The position numbers were made by a program, and so were the translations under genes. A DNA stretch of 32,000 bases from Alkanindiges sp. WGS2144 (GTDB lineage Bacteria > Pseudomonadota > Gammaproteobacteria > Pseudomonadales > Moraxellaceae), in the NCBI RefSeq assembly GCF_043950625.1, contig NZ_CP171007.1. One strand, written 5' to 3'. Numbering within the stretch: the first letter of the stretch is position 1; the number at the start of each line of letters is the position of its first letter. Below, one piece after another: positions 17,782-27,613 of this stretch. The notes under the pieces were generated by a model, which saw only the letters and a program-made list of their open reading frames with translations, was not told the DNA's origin and did no database searches.

Positions 17782-18042
17782 TCAGGATTGTTGTGAGCGT
17801 CTTACCGCATCTTCATGTAAGGATTCATTCAACTGATCGACAATGATTGTCCAGGCGGCATCATCACTTTTTATTTTCTTTTCCAGAAATTGACGCTGTG
17901 CATCATTCCAGAATGGTGCGCTGGTCAATGATACGTCAACTGCCAGCTGATGGGTTTCAATAAATTTGGCAATGGCCCCGGGGCTTGAATTCAGGCCGAG
18001 TTGTTCAAATAATAGTGTCATGCGAGGGCGACTAGTATTCAT
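17782..18042 (-). CDS. DUF2789 family protein
   Basis: 86 aa. LLFEQLGLNSSPGAIAKFIETHQL...APFWNDAQRQFL...DDAAWTIIVDQLNESL follows the DUF2789 pattern. A strong SD (AGGAG) precedes ATG 18042. Confidence 0.8.
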   Translation of the reverse strand: MNTSRPRMTLLFEQLGLNSSPGAIAKFIETHQLAVDVSLTSAPFWNDAQRQFLEKKIKSDDAAWTIIVDQLNESLHEDAVRRSQQS

Positions 18043-18189
18043 AAAACTCTCCTTAAAATAAATATTTAACCCATCATAGCGATAATTGTTGTGCTGGGTC
18101 TAGTTGAAGTATTAAGGGGAGGGTATTAAGTATGTTAAGAATGCTTATATAAAAAGCAGACTTTAAAGCCCGCTTTTTATAATGGATGC

Positions 18190-20256
18190 TTACTGCAACA
18201 CACCCACATCGGCTACGCTAATAAACAGCGCCCGTAATTGCGCCAGCAGACGCAAGCGATTTTGCTTCACCGCTGTGTCATCCGCCATCACCATCACGTT
18301 ATCGAAAAACGCATCAATAGGCGCTCGTAAGCTAGCCAGTTCGCTTAAAGCGGGCGTGTAATCATGCGACTGCAAAAGTGGAGTCACCACTGGGGATATG
18401 GCTTGCAGCGCCTGATACAGGTCTTTTTCCGCTTGCTCGGTGAGCAGGCTGGCATCAACTGCCCCGCTCACATCACTTTCTTTAGCCAGAATATTGGCCA
18501 CACGCTTGTTGGCAGCAGCCAGGGCTTGTGCTTCCGGTAGGGTTTTAAAGTGGCTCACGGCTTTCACGCGGTCATCAAAATCCAGTGGTGAAGCGGGGTG
18601 TAATACTTGCACCGCCTGAATCACATCAACGCTTAGGCCTTGATCTTCATACATAGCACGGTAGCGGCCTTCTACAAATTGCAGTGCATCGGCCTGTGCA
18701 TTGTGGATATCTTTTAACTTATCCCCATAACCCTGTGCCGCTAGTTCAATCAGCTGAGTTAAGGAAAGTGTCAGTTTGTTTTCAATAATAAGACGCAAAA
18801 TACCAATGGCGGCACGGCGCAAGCTAAAAGGGTCTTTATTACCAGTTGGTGCTTGACCAATCCCAAAAATCCCCACCAAGGTATCCAGACGATCAGCCAA
18901 TGCCAGTGCCACACCAGTTTTGGTTTGTGGCAGTTTGTCACCTGCAAAGCGCGGCAAATATTGCTCGGCAATGGCACTGGCCACTTCATCATTTAAGCCT
19001 TCCAGCTTGGCATAATACGTTCCGGCAATACCTTGTAGCTCTGGGAATTCACCCACCAGTTCAGAGGTTAAATCGCACTTGGCCAACTCACCCGCTTGTT
19101 GTGCTGCGGCCACATCACTGCCAATCAGCTCGGCAATGTTGCCGGCAAGCTTGGCAATACGCTCGGATTTGTCCCACAGCGTGCCCAGTTGTGCCTGAAA
19201 TATCATGTTTTCCAGTTTGGTTTGACGGCTGGCCAGTGGCTGTTTTTGATCCTGCACAAAGAAAAATTCGGCATCTGACAAACGTGGTCGTACCACCTTT
19301 TCATTGCCTTCAATAATCTGGCTGGGGTCTTTGGAATCAATATTGGAGACCGTAATAAAATACGGCTGTAGCTTGCCTGCTTCATTGACCAGACAAAAAT
19401 ACTTCTGGTTGTCCTGCATGGTGGAAATCAAAGCTTCTTGCGGCACAGCCAAAAACCGCTCTTCAAAGCTGGCGCGCAAGGCTACTGGCCATTCAACCAA
19501 TGCAGTCACTTCATCCAGCAGGTCGGCTGGCACAATCGCCTGTGCATTGACTTCATCTGCCAGCGTTTTGACTTGTGTAGAAATCAGGTCCTGACGCTCA
19601 TCAAAATCGGCAATCACATGCGCCGCACGCAGGCTTTCCAGATAATCATTGGCGTGTTTTAGCGTGATGCCTCGTGGGGCATGAAAGCGGTGGCCAAAGG
19701 TTTGATTACCAGTTTTAAAGTCTAAAATGGTGGCGTTAATCACCTGATCATCTTTTAGCAACACCACCCACTGGACTGGACGCACAAATTCAGTTCGGCT
19801 AGCTCTCGATCTCATACGCTTGGCAATCGGCAGGGCATCCAAAGCTTCTTGCAAAATGCCGGGGAATACCTCGTTCAGCGTTTGGCCTCTCACATCTTTG
19901 TAGTAGCAGACTTTTTCAACTTTGCCTGCCTGAAACCGTGACACCTGATCGGCAGTGATACCTTGACCGCGCATAAAGCCTTCTAGCGCTTTAGTCGGCT
20001 TGCCATCAGCATCAAAGGCGGCTTGTACGGCGGGGCCATCAAAGCGTTTTTGGCTATCGGGCTGGGCTGCATCAATATCATTAATCAATAAAGCCAAGCG
20101 GCGCGGGGCAGCATAGGCATAAATACTGTCAAACTGAAAGCCTGTGTTTTTTAAGCGGCCTTCTACTTCAGTTTTTAGCGCATCACGCAGGGTTTTTAAG
20201 CTTTTGGGTGGCAGTTCTTCACAGCCCAGTTCAAATAAGACAGTATGCTTGCTCAT
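18190..20256 (-). CDS. glyS: Glycine--tRNA ligase beta subunit
   Basis: 688 aa. N-terminus [12 protein letters not shown] and overall similarity to GlyS. Its start overlaps the glyQ stop (TAATG), which suggests translational coupling. Confidence 0.95.
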   Translation of the reverse strand: MSKHTVLFELGCEELPPKSLKTLRDALKTEVEGRLKNTGFQFDSIYAYAAPRRLALLINDIDAAQPDSQKRFDGPAVQAAFDADGKPTKALEGFMRGQGITADQVSRFQAGKVEKVCYYKDVRGQTLNEVFPGILQEALDALPIAKRMRSRASRTEFVRPVQWVVLLKDDQVINATILDFKTGNQTFGHRFHAPRGITLKHANDYLESLRAAHVIADFDERQDLISTQVKTLADEVNAQAIVPADLLDEVTALVEWPVALRASFEERFLAVPQEALISTMQDNQKYFCLVNEAGKLQPYFITVSNIDSKDPSQIIEGNEKVVRPRLSDAEFFFVQDQKQPLASRQTKLENMIFQAQLGTLWDKSERIAKLAGNIAELIGSDVAAAQQAGELAKCDLTSELVGEFPELQGIAGTYYAKLEGLNDEVASAIAEQYLPRFAGDKLPQTKTGVALALADRLDTLVGIFGIGQAPTGNKDPFSLRRAAIGILRLIIENKLTLSLTQLIELAAQGYGDKLKDIHNAQADALQFVEGRYRAMYEDQGLSVDVIQAVQVLHPASPLDFDDRVKAVSHFKTLPEAQALAAANKRVANILAKESDVSGAVDASLLTEQAEKDLYQALQAISPVVTPLLQSHDYTPALSELASLRAPIDAFFDNVMVMADDTAVKQNRLRLLAQLRALFISVADVGVLQ

Positions 20257-21275
20257 TATTTGCTCTCCGCTGTGGCCTGCGCCTGATTTGCTTTTTCTAC
20301 CAGTGCTGCGGCTTCATCTACTGCTTTCATTTGTGCCAGTACCTCATCACGTAAATGCGGCTCGGCCATTGGGAAGCCAAGCTTGGCACGGGCTTTGACA
20401 TAGCTTTGTGCAATGGCACGCGCTAAGGTGCGCACACGCAGGATATAACGTTGCCGTTCAGTCACCGAAATCGCACCACGTGCGTCTAACAAGTTAAAGG
20501 TATGCGAGGCTTTGACTACCATCTCATAAGCAGGCAAGGGTAACTCAGCAGCCATCAGCGCGTTGGATTCTTCTTCATAAAAATCAAACAGCTCAAATAG
20601 CTTGGGCACATTGGCATGTTCAAAGTTATAGGTGGATTGTTCTACTTCATTTTGGTGGAACACATCGCCATAGGTTACGGTGCCAAACTGGCCTTTAGTC
20701 CACACAAGGTCATAGACTGAATCCACGCCCTGCAAATACATGGCTAGTCGTTCCAGTCCATAGGTAATTTCGCCCGTCACCGGATAGCATTCCACACCGC
20801 CCACCTGCTGGAAGTAGGTAAACTGGGTCACTTCCATGCCATTGAGCCACACTTCCCAGCCCAAACCCCATGCACCAAGGGTCGGTGATTCCCAATTATC
20901 TTCGACAAAACGGATATCGTGGGTGAGGGTATCAATGCCAATGGCTTTTAATGAATCTAAGTAAAGTTGCTGGATATTGGCCGGATTGGGTTTTAACACC
21001 ACCTGAAACTGGTAGTAATGCTGCAAGCGATTAGGGTTTTCGCCATAACGTCCATCTTTAGGACGACGCGACGGCTGCACATAGGCGGCATTCCAGGTTT
21101 CTGGCCCAAGCGCACGTAAAAAGGTGGCAGTATGGAAGGTGCCTGCGCCCATTTCCATATCGTAAGGCTGCAGCACCACGCAACCTTGCTCAGCCCAGTA
21201 GTTTTGTAGGGCTAAGATCAAGCCCTGAAAAGTATCGATGTGCGATATGGCGCGACTGCTTTTTTCGACAGGCAT
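20256..21275 (-). CDS. glyQ: Glycine--tRNA ligase alpha subunit
   Basis: [34 protein letters not shown]... and [25 protein letters not shown] are highly conserved GlyQ sequence. Confidence 0.95.
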   Translation of the reverse strand: MPVEKSSRAISHIDTFQGLILALQNYWAEQGCVVLQPYDMEMGAGTFHTATFLRALGPETWNAAYVQPSRRPKDGRYGENPNRLQHYYQFQVVLKPNPANIQQLYLDSLKAIGIDTLTHDIRFVEDNWESPTLGAWGLGWEVWLNGMEVTQFTYFQQVGGVECYPVTGEITYGLERLAMYLQGVDSVYDLVWTKGQFGTVTYGDVFHQNEVEQSTYNFEHANVPKLFELFDFYEEESNALMAAELPLPAYEMVVKASHTFNLLDARGAISVTERQRYILRVRTLARAIAQSYVKARAKLGFPMAEPHLRDEVLAQMKAVDEAAALVEKANQAQATAESK

Positions 21276-21427
21276 GGGGCATCCACGTTTTTGAAATTAG
21301 AAAATGGCGATTAGTATAGGGAATTTGGGAAGTTTAGACAAAGGGAACCCGGCAGGTTTTTGCATGTTCTCATCGTTTAAGCACCACGAGTGGCTTGCAG
21401 TTTAGGTTTGTATTGGGCATGAGTACT

Positions 21428-21463
21428 AAAAAATAAAAAAGGCCCGTTTTAAAACGAGCCTTT
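21428..21463 (-). terminator. Rho-independent terminator of gltA
   Basis: The minus-strand RNA reads aaaggcucguuuuaaaacgggccuuuuuuauuuuuu. The stem ggcucg/cgggcc includes one G-U pair and is followed by a long U-tract. It begins ~20 nt after the gltA stop. Confidence 0.85.
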
Positions 21464-21482
21464 AGGATGAAACTTTAGCAAA

Positions 21483-22769
21483 TTAACGCTTGTCAGTTTC
21501 TACAAAATCACGCTGGGTTGAACCAGTATACAACTGGCGTGGACGGCCAATTTTGTATGGGCCGCTGTGCATTTCCAGCCAGTGGCTGATCCAGCCTACC
21601 GTACGTGCCAAGGCAAAAATCACGGTAAACATAGAGGTTGGAATACCAATGGCTTTTAAGATAATACCAGAGTAGAAGTCTACGTTTGGATATAGCTTGC
21701 GCTCAACAAAGTAGGGGTCGTTTAAGGCAATTTTTTCAAGTTCCATTGCCAGTGCAAGCTGAGGATCATTAATGCCCAAAGCAGCCAGTACTTCGTCACA
21801 GGTTTGTTTCATCACTTTGGCGCGTGGGTCAAAGTTTTTGTAAACGCGGTGACCAAAGCCCATTAGCTTTACTTCTTTGCGTTTTACTTTTTCCATGAAT
21901 TCAGCCACGTTGTCTACGCTACCGATTTCATCCAGCATTTTAAGTACCGCTTCGTTGGCGCCACCATGCGCAGGCCCCCACAGCGCAGCAATACCAGCTG
22001 CAATACAGGCATAAGGGTTAGCACCGGTCGAACCAGCTAAGCGTACGGTAGAGGTAGATGCGTTTTGCTCATGGTCAGCATGCAAGGTAAAGATACGATC
22101 CATAGCCTTAGCCAGTACTGGGTTAACCTTGTAGTCTGTGTCAGCTGGAGTGGCAAACATCATGTACAGGAAGTTTTCTGCATAATTTAAGTCATTACGC
22201 GGATACATGAATGGTTGACCAATGGTGTATTTGTAGCACCATGCCGCGATGGTTGGAATCTTAGCAATCAGGCGAATAGCAGTAATTTCACGATGTTTTG
22301 GGTTTTCAACATCCAGACCATCATGATAGAACGCAGATAATGCACCAACTACGCCACACATTACTGCCATTGGATGTGCATCGCGACGGAAGCCGTTATA
22401 AAAACGCTGAACCTGATCATGCAACATGGTGTGGTTGCGAACCAGCTGGTCAAACTCTTGTTTTTGTGCAGCAGTAGGCAGCTCACCATGTAACAGTAAA
22501 TAGCAAACTTCTAAATAGTCTGCTTTTTCAGCCAGCTGATCAATGGGATAGCCGCGGTGTAATAAAATGCCCTTATCACCATCAATAAAAGTAATTTTGG
22601 ATTCGCAGGCCGCAGTAGCCATAAAACCAGGATCAAAGGTGAAATGTCCTTGGGCCAACACATCCTTTACGTCAATAACGTCTGGGCCTAATGTGCCGCT
22701 ATAAATTGGTAGGTCAATTTGTTTGCCATCAAGCGAAAGAACGGCTTTTTTGCCAGTTGCGTCAGACAT
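21483..22769 (-). CDS. gltA: Citrate synthase (type II, hexameric class)
   Basis: 428 aa with the signature [14 protein letters not shown] and the [10 protein letters not shown] region. AGGAGAG SD upstream of ATG 22769. Confidence 0.95.
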   Translation of the reverse strand: MSDATGKKAVLSLDGKQIDLPIYSGTLGPDVIDVKDVLAQGHFTFDPGFMATAACESKITFIDGDKGILLHRGYPIDQLAEKADYLEVCYLLLHGELPTAAQKQEFDQLVRNHTMLHDQVQRFYNGFRRDAHPMAVMCGVVGALSAFYHDGLDVENPKHREITAIRLIAKIPTIAAWCYKYTIGQPFMYPRNDLNYAENFLYMMFATPADTDYKVNPVLAKAMDRIFTLHADHEQNASTSTVRLAGSTGANPYACIAAGIAALWGPAHGGANEAVLKMLDEIGSVDNVAEFMEKVKRKEVKLMGFGHRVYKNFDPRAKVMKQTCDEVLAALGINDPQLALAMELEKIALNDPYFVERKLYPNVDFYSGIILKAIGIPTSMFTVIFALARTVGWISHWLEMHSGPYKIGRPRQLYTGSTQRDFVETDKR

Positions 22770-23515
22770 TCAAAAACTCTCCTGTCCTGGTAATGTAGGA
22801 TGCGATTGTGCAGAAAATCAATGAATGATGAATTTCTGTTAACGCTATGTAAAAAAATGCGCTATAAGCTTAATTTGAACTGAAAATTTGTCAATCATAC
22901 TTCAGGCTAAAAATACCAATTCCATGAAAAAAATTGTGCTGAAGAGAGAGGTCGACTGGCTCAGATGAGCGCTACTCCAGTAAGATGGAGCCGGCGACAG
23001 CTATATAGGACGCCATAGCATACAATAGGTAGAGCTTATTTTATGAAAATGGATTTGTAAGCAGATTTGTAAACAAATCTAGGTTTTCTCACATTTTTGA
23101 CATTTTTTAGAAAAGAAATAAGCCAAATAGCGGTTTTTTAACTATTATTCCGTTTTTTAATGCAAAAGTATATTTTATTTATCACTCAAGAAAATTTTAA
23201 CTATAAGAACATAAAATAATAAAAATAGACGGTAGCCAAGGCTTGGTGAAAGTAAATGAGACAGTTGTAGTTAACAGTCTACTGTCCTTATGCCTATTTC
23301 TTGCAGACAATAAATCTGGGCCTTATCGCACCGCCTAAAGCAGCCGGTTTGGTTAAAGCACTGCTATTTATGGCTCTGTTTGTTAATTGCATCAGTTATA
23401 AACAGGGGAGGGTAAACGCATAGTCCGAGGGACGCAGCAGATGGGCACTCATATAGATTAATAAAATAATTCTCATTTGCGTTTCTAAAATCCCTTATTC
23501 ATTTTTCGGCCTGGT

Positions 23516-23544
23516 TTGTAATTAAGACGTAACAGCACTATAAT
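23516..23544 (+). promoter_or_regulatory. Candidate sigma70 promoter for sdhCDAB
   Basis: TTGTAA (23516-23521), an exactly 17-nt spacer, then TATAAT (23539-23544). The -10 ends ~90 nt upstream of the sdhC start. Sequence-pattern evidence only. Confidence 0.5.
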
Positions 23545-23632
23545 TTCTTGTCGTTTTTAATAGGCTATATGCCTATTTTGCCAGCTTTCCTCCGAATTAC
23601 TACAAACTCCAATGGGAGTTTTTGCCTACAGG

Positions 23633-24034
23633 ATGCCCGCTGTGAAAAGCAACAGACCTGTCAATTTGACTATGGGCCAGGTGTTAGCGGTTAATTTACG
23701 CTCACCCGTGGCTATTGCTTCGATTCTGCACCGCGTGTCTGGAATCATCATTTTTATTCTTATCCCTGTATTGCTCTGGTTATTGCAGGGTTCACTGGTA
23801 TCGCCAGAAGGTTTTGCCCAGGTGCAGCAGGTATTTGACAATATTCTGGTACGCCTGATCGTCTGGGTATTTGTTGCCGGTTTAATTTACCACCTTATTA
23901 TGGGCGTCAAGCATTTGTTTGGCGACATGGGTGTTGCTGAAGAACTGCAAAGCGGTCGTGCTGCGGCAACGGTTGCGCTGGTGCTTTCTGCAATTGGTAT
24001 TGTGGCGTCATTTATCTGGTTGGTGGTGCTATAA
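23633..24034 (+). CDS. sdhC: Succinate dehydrogenase cytochrome b556 subunit
   Basis: MPAVKSNRPVNL..., SILHRVSGIIIF (heme-ligand His region) and three TM helices. Start chosen at ATG 23633 rather than ORF start 23612. The stop overlaps the sdhD start (TAATG). Confidence 0.9.
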   Translation: MPAVKSNRPVNLTMGQVLAVNLRSPVAIASILHRVSGIIIFILIPVLLWLLQGSLVSPEGFAQVQQVFDNILVRLIVWVFVAGLIYHLIMGVKHLFGDMGVAEELQSGRAAATVALVLSAIGIVASFIWLVVL

Positions 24035-24399
24035 TGAAAAGTGCAACAGGATTAACCGGTTCAGGCTCACGCGACTGGATCGTTCAGCGCATTAGTGCTG
24101 TTATTTTGGCTGTTTATACCGTGGTGGTGCTGGGCTGGATTTTGCTTAATCCCGGCTTTGACTATACCGCCTGGTACGGCTTTATGATGACCCTGCCCAT
24201 GAAGATTTTTAGCCTGCTGGCTATTTTGTCTCTGGTGGGCCACGCCTGGGTTGGCATGTGGACAGTATTTACCGACTATATTACACCGGCGCAGGTTGGC
24301 TCTGGTGCAAACGGTATTCGTCTGGTTTTGCAAAGTGCAATGATTATTGCAGTACTTGTGTTTATGGTCTGGGGTATCCAGATTTTCTGGACACATTGA
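24034..24399 (+). CDS. sdhD: Succinate dehydrogenase hydrophobic membrane anchor subunit
   Basis: 121 aa with three TM helices. DWIVQRISAVIL and the HAWVGMWTVFTDYI region fit SdhD. It sits between sdhC and sdhA. Confidence 0.9.
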   Translation: MKSATGLTGSGSRDWIVQRISAVILAVYTVVVLGWILLNPGFDYTAWYGFMMTLPMKIFSLLAILSLVGHAWVGMWTVFTDYITPAQVGSGANGIRLVLQSAMIIAVLVFMVWGIQIFWTH

Positions 24400-24411
24400 T
24401 AGGAACAGATC

Positions 24412-26241
24412 ATGGCAGCAATAACCCCTAATCAAGATTTTAGTAATATTGAAACGTTAAGCTTCGACGCCGTGATTGTAGGCGGCGGTGGTTCAGGTAT
24501 GCGTGCATCCCTGCAATTGGCAGAAGCTGGTTTAAAGGTTGCGGTACTCACCAAGGTATTTCCAACCCGTTCGCACACTGTTGCAGCGCAAGGTGGTATT
24601 GGTGCGTCCTTGGGTAACATGCAGGAAGATAACTGGCACTACCATTTTTACGATACGGTAAAAGGTGGTGACTGGCTGGGTGACCAGGACGCCATTGAAT
24701 TTATGTGCCGCGAAGCACCCAAGGTGGTGTATGAGCTGGAACATATGGGTATGCCGTTTGACCGTAACCCGGATGGCACGATTTATCAGCGCCCATTTGG
24801 CGGCCACTCTGCCAATTATGGTGAAAAAGCAGTTCCACGTGCCTGTGCTGCTGCTGACCGTACTGGTCATGCCTTACTGCACACGCTGTATCAAAAGAAC
24901 GTTGAGCTGGGCACCCAGTTTTTTGTGGAATGGATTGCGCTTGACCTGATTCGTAGCGAAGAAGGTGAAGTGGTTGGTGTTACGGCAATTGACCAGGAAA
25001 CCGGTAATGTGGCGGTATTCCAGGCTAAGGCAACCTTATTTGCGACCGGTGGTGCCGGGCGTATTTTCCGTGCCTCAACCAATGCGTACATTAATACTGG
25101 CGATGGTCTGGGTATGGCCGCCCGTGCCGGTATTCCATTACAGGATATGGAGTTCTGGCAGTTCCACCCGACTGGCGTGGCTGGTGCCGGTGTGCTCCTG
25201 ACCGAAGGCTGCCGTGGTGAAGGTGGCGTACTGCGTAACAAGAGCGGTGAGCCGTTCATGGAGCGCTATGCACCTACCCTAAAAGACCTGGCACCACGTG
25301 ACTTTGTTTCCCGTTCCATGGATCAGGAAATTAAAGAGGGTCGTGGTTGCGGGCCAAATGGCGATTATGTGGTACTGGACTTAACCCATTTGGGTGCCGA
25401 TACCATCATGAAGCGTTTGCCTTCTGTCTATGAAATTGGCAAGAAATTTGCCAACGTAGACTGCACCAAAGAACCGATTCCGGTAGTTCCAACCATTCAC
25501 TATCAAATGGGCGGTATTCCTACCAACATGCATGGTCAGGTTGTGGTGCCACAGGGCGACAATCCGACAGCTGTGGTTAAGGGTTTTTATGCCATTGGTG
25601 AATGTTCCTGTGTGAGCGTACATGGTGCTAACCGCCTAGGTACTAACTCCCTACTGGATCTGGTGGTGTTTGGCAAGGCGGCTGGTGAACATATTATTGA
25701 TTATGTGACCAAGCATCATGGTGATGACTATGCACCGCTACCTAATTCTGTGCTGGAGACAACCCGTCGTCGTTTGCAAGTGCTACAAGACTCAGCCAGC
25801 GGTGAAAATGCGCAGGACGTAGCGGATGCCATCCGTGAAGTGATGCAGAACCATGCTGGCGTATTCCGCACTCAGGCACTGATGGATGAAGGCGTAGAGA
25901 AAATTCTGGCGCTGGAACCTCGCGTTCGCAACCTGCATTTAACCGACAAATCCAAAGTATTTAACACTGCACGTATCGAAGCGCTGGAAGTAGAAAACCT
26001 GTATGAAGTTGCCAAGGCAACTATGATTTCTGCGGCGGCGCGTAAAGAATGTCGTGGTGCGCATACTGTGGTGGACTACGAGCTGCCAGCGGATGATCCA
26101 AACCATCCAAATGGTCGCCGGGATGATGAGTGGATGAAACACACCTTGTGGTATTCCAGCGATAACCGTCTGGAATACAAACCGGTGCGTCAAAAACCAC
26201 TCACTGTGCCTGAAATTCCACCCAGAGCACGTACATTCTAA
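24412..26241 (+). CDS. sdhA: Succinate dehydrogenase flavoprotein subunit
   Basis: [15 protein letters not shown] fold, [10 protein letters not shown] (covalent-FAD His), and [18 protein letters not shown]. Confidence 0.97.
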   Translation: MAAITPNQDFSNIETLSFDAVIVGGGGSGMRASLQLAEAGLKVAVLTKVFPTRSHTVAAQGGIGASLGNMQEDNWHYHFYDTVKGGDWLGDQDAIEFMCREAPKVVYELEHMGMPFDRNPDGTIYQRPFGGHSANYGEKAVPRACAAADRTGHALLHTLYQKNVELGTQFFVEWIALDLIRSEEGEVVGVTAIDQETGNVAVFQAKATLFATGGAGRIFRASTNAYINTGDGLGMAARAGIPLQDMEFWQFHPTGVAGAGVLLTEGCRGEGGVLRNKSGEPFMERYAPTLKDLAPRDFVSRSMDQEIKEGRGCGPNGDYVVLDLTHLGADTIMKRLPSVYEIGKKFANVDCTKEPIPVVPTIHYQMGGIPTNMHGQVVVPQGDNPTAVVKGFYAIGECSCVSVHGANRLGTNSLLDLVVFGKAAGEHIIDYVTKHHGDDYAPLPNSVLETTRRRLQVLQDSASGENAQDVADAIREVMQNHAGVFRTQALMDEGVEKILALEPRVRNLHLTDKSKVFNTARIEALEVENLYEVAKATMISAAARKECRGAHTVVDYELPADDPNHPNGRRDDEWMKHTLWYSSDNRLEYKPVRQKPLTVPEIPPRARTF

Positions 26242-26258
26242 GTCAGGAGTTTGCAACG

Positions 26259-26966
26259 ATGAGTAGAACCCGTACTTTCGAAATCTATCGCTATGATCCT
26301 GACAAGGACAAAGCACCCTACATGCAGACCTATACGCTAGAATTAGATGATGGTGACCGCATGTTGCTTGATGCCCTGATCAAGCTGAAAAAAGTTGATG
26401 AAACGCTGTCATTCCGCCGCTCTTGCCGCGAAGGGATTTGCGGTTCTGATGGTATGAACATTAATGGTAAAAACGGTCTGGCCTGCTTGCAGAACCTGAA
26501 CGATTTACCAGGCAAGATTGTGATTCGTCCTTTGCCAGGCTTGCCGGTAATCCGTGATCTGGTCGTCGATATGAATCAGTTCTACGTTCAGTATGACAAG
26601 ATTCGTCCGTACTTGATCAACGACCAGCCAGCGCCACCTAAAGAGCGTCTGCAATCGCAGGAAGACCGTGAAAAGTTAAACGGCTTGTATGAGTGTATTC
26701 TTTGCGCCTGCTGTTCAACTTCGTGCCCATCATTCTGGTGGAACCCCGATAAGTTCCTGGGGCCATCTGCACTGTTACAGGCATACCGGTTTATCATTGA
26801 TTCTCGTGATACCGATCAGGCTGAGCGTCTGGCACGTCTGGATGATCCATTTAGCCTGTTCCGTTGCCGTGGCATCATGAACTGTATTTCGGTTTGTCCT
26901 AAAGGCTTGAATCCTACCAAAGCCATTGGTCATATCCGTAATTTACTGTTGGAGCAGGCAGGTTAA
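26259..26966 (+). CDS. sdhB: Succinate dehydrogenase iron-sulfur subunit
   Basis: Three Cys clusters: [22 protein letters not shown] and [14 protein letters not shown]. Confidence 0.97.
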   Translation: MSRTRTFEIYRYDPDKDKAPYMQTYTLELDDGDRMLLDALIKLKKVDETLSFRRSCREGICGSDGMNINGKNGLACLQNLNDLPGKIVIRPLPGLPVIRDLVVDMNQFYVQYDKIRPYLINDQPAPPKERLQSQEDREKLNGLYECILCACCSTSCPSFWWNPDKFLGPSALLQAYRFIIDSRDTDQAERLARLDDPFSLFRCRGIMNCISVCPKGLNPTKAIGHIRNLLLEQAG

Positions 26967-26987
26967 GTCAAGGCGGTTCCAGGGTTT

Positions 26988-27017
26988 AAAAACGCGCTGC
27001 TAAGGCGCGTTTTTTTA
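26988..27017 (+). terminator. Rho-independent terminator after sdhB
   Basis: aaaaacgcgc-tgctaag-gcgcgttttttt is a GC stem extended by A/T pairs and followed by a 7-T run. It begins 22 nt after the sdhB stop. Confidence 0.85.
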
Positions 27018-27613
27018 TGGGTCAGGCGTTATAGCCGGTCTACACGCATGCCTATACCGACTTTGGTCGTATAAACCCTGAAAAAAATCACCATACGCGC
27101 TATCTTGTTCATTCTGGAAGGGATTATTTTTCTGGTTGATGATAGCTATTGTTTAAAAAAATCCGGTTATGCAGCCAACTCGTGATACGATTTGTCACAT
27201 GAAAAATAGATAATTCAGGGGCATAATGATAGCTAATTCTGATGAACAGAAAATAGCTGGGGGTGTTTTTTAAAGTTGAATTTGCCAAGCCAAAATACCA
27301 GAGAGTGTAGGGTTGTTTTGGCCAATTCAATTTGCAAAAAATTGCTCGTATTAACACGAGTACAGTGTACGGCTGGATAAGTTTGCTTTATACCTGTTGC
27401 GAGGCTGAATTTTCAGCTGATGTAGCAGGTTGAGCGAGCTTGTCTGGAAGCATACGTTTGCCAGTTAACCTGGTGTTGTTGTGTGGTCGTCGCGCTTTGG
27501 ACCATTGATCGGTCGTTGCGCAACATGAGGGCTTTGTATCCTGAGCCTTAGTGTCATGTGGCCTGGCTTATCCGCCAAGCTATTATTTTTGCAATTGAAA
27601 AATGGGTCGTCTC

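Noticed and set aside
22955-22995. A tRNA-like fragment (tggctcagatgagcgc resembling a D-arm, and a ctcca/tggag stem resembling an anticodon arm).
   Set aside because: The loop is 6 nt rather than 7. There is no T-arm (GGTTCGAATCC-like) and no acceptor stem pairing. It is not a tRNA or a convincing tRNA remnant.
23619-23632. A 14-nt exact repeat, tttttgcctacagg. One copy lies just upstream of sdhC and the other upstream of the DUF4062 gene (759-772).
   Set aside because: About one or two chance 14-mer matches are expected in 32 kb of AT-biased intergenic sequence. There is no extended similarity on either side of the repeat.
27124-27357. A 77-aa minus-strand ORF in the sdhB-sucA spacer.
   Set aside because: The AT-rich composition gives a translation rich in Asn/Ile/Phe/Tyr. 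There is no SD and no motif. It is probably a chance ORF in promoter-like DNA.
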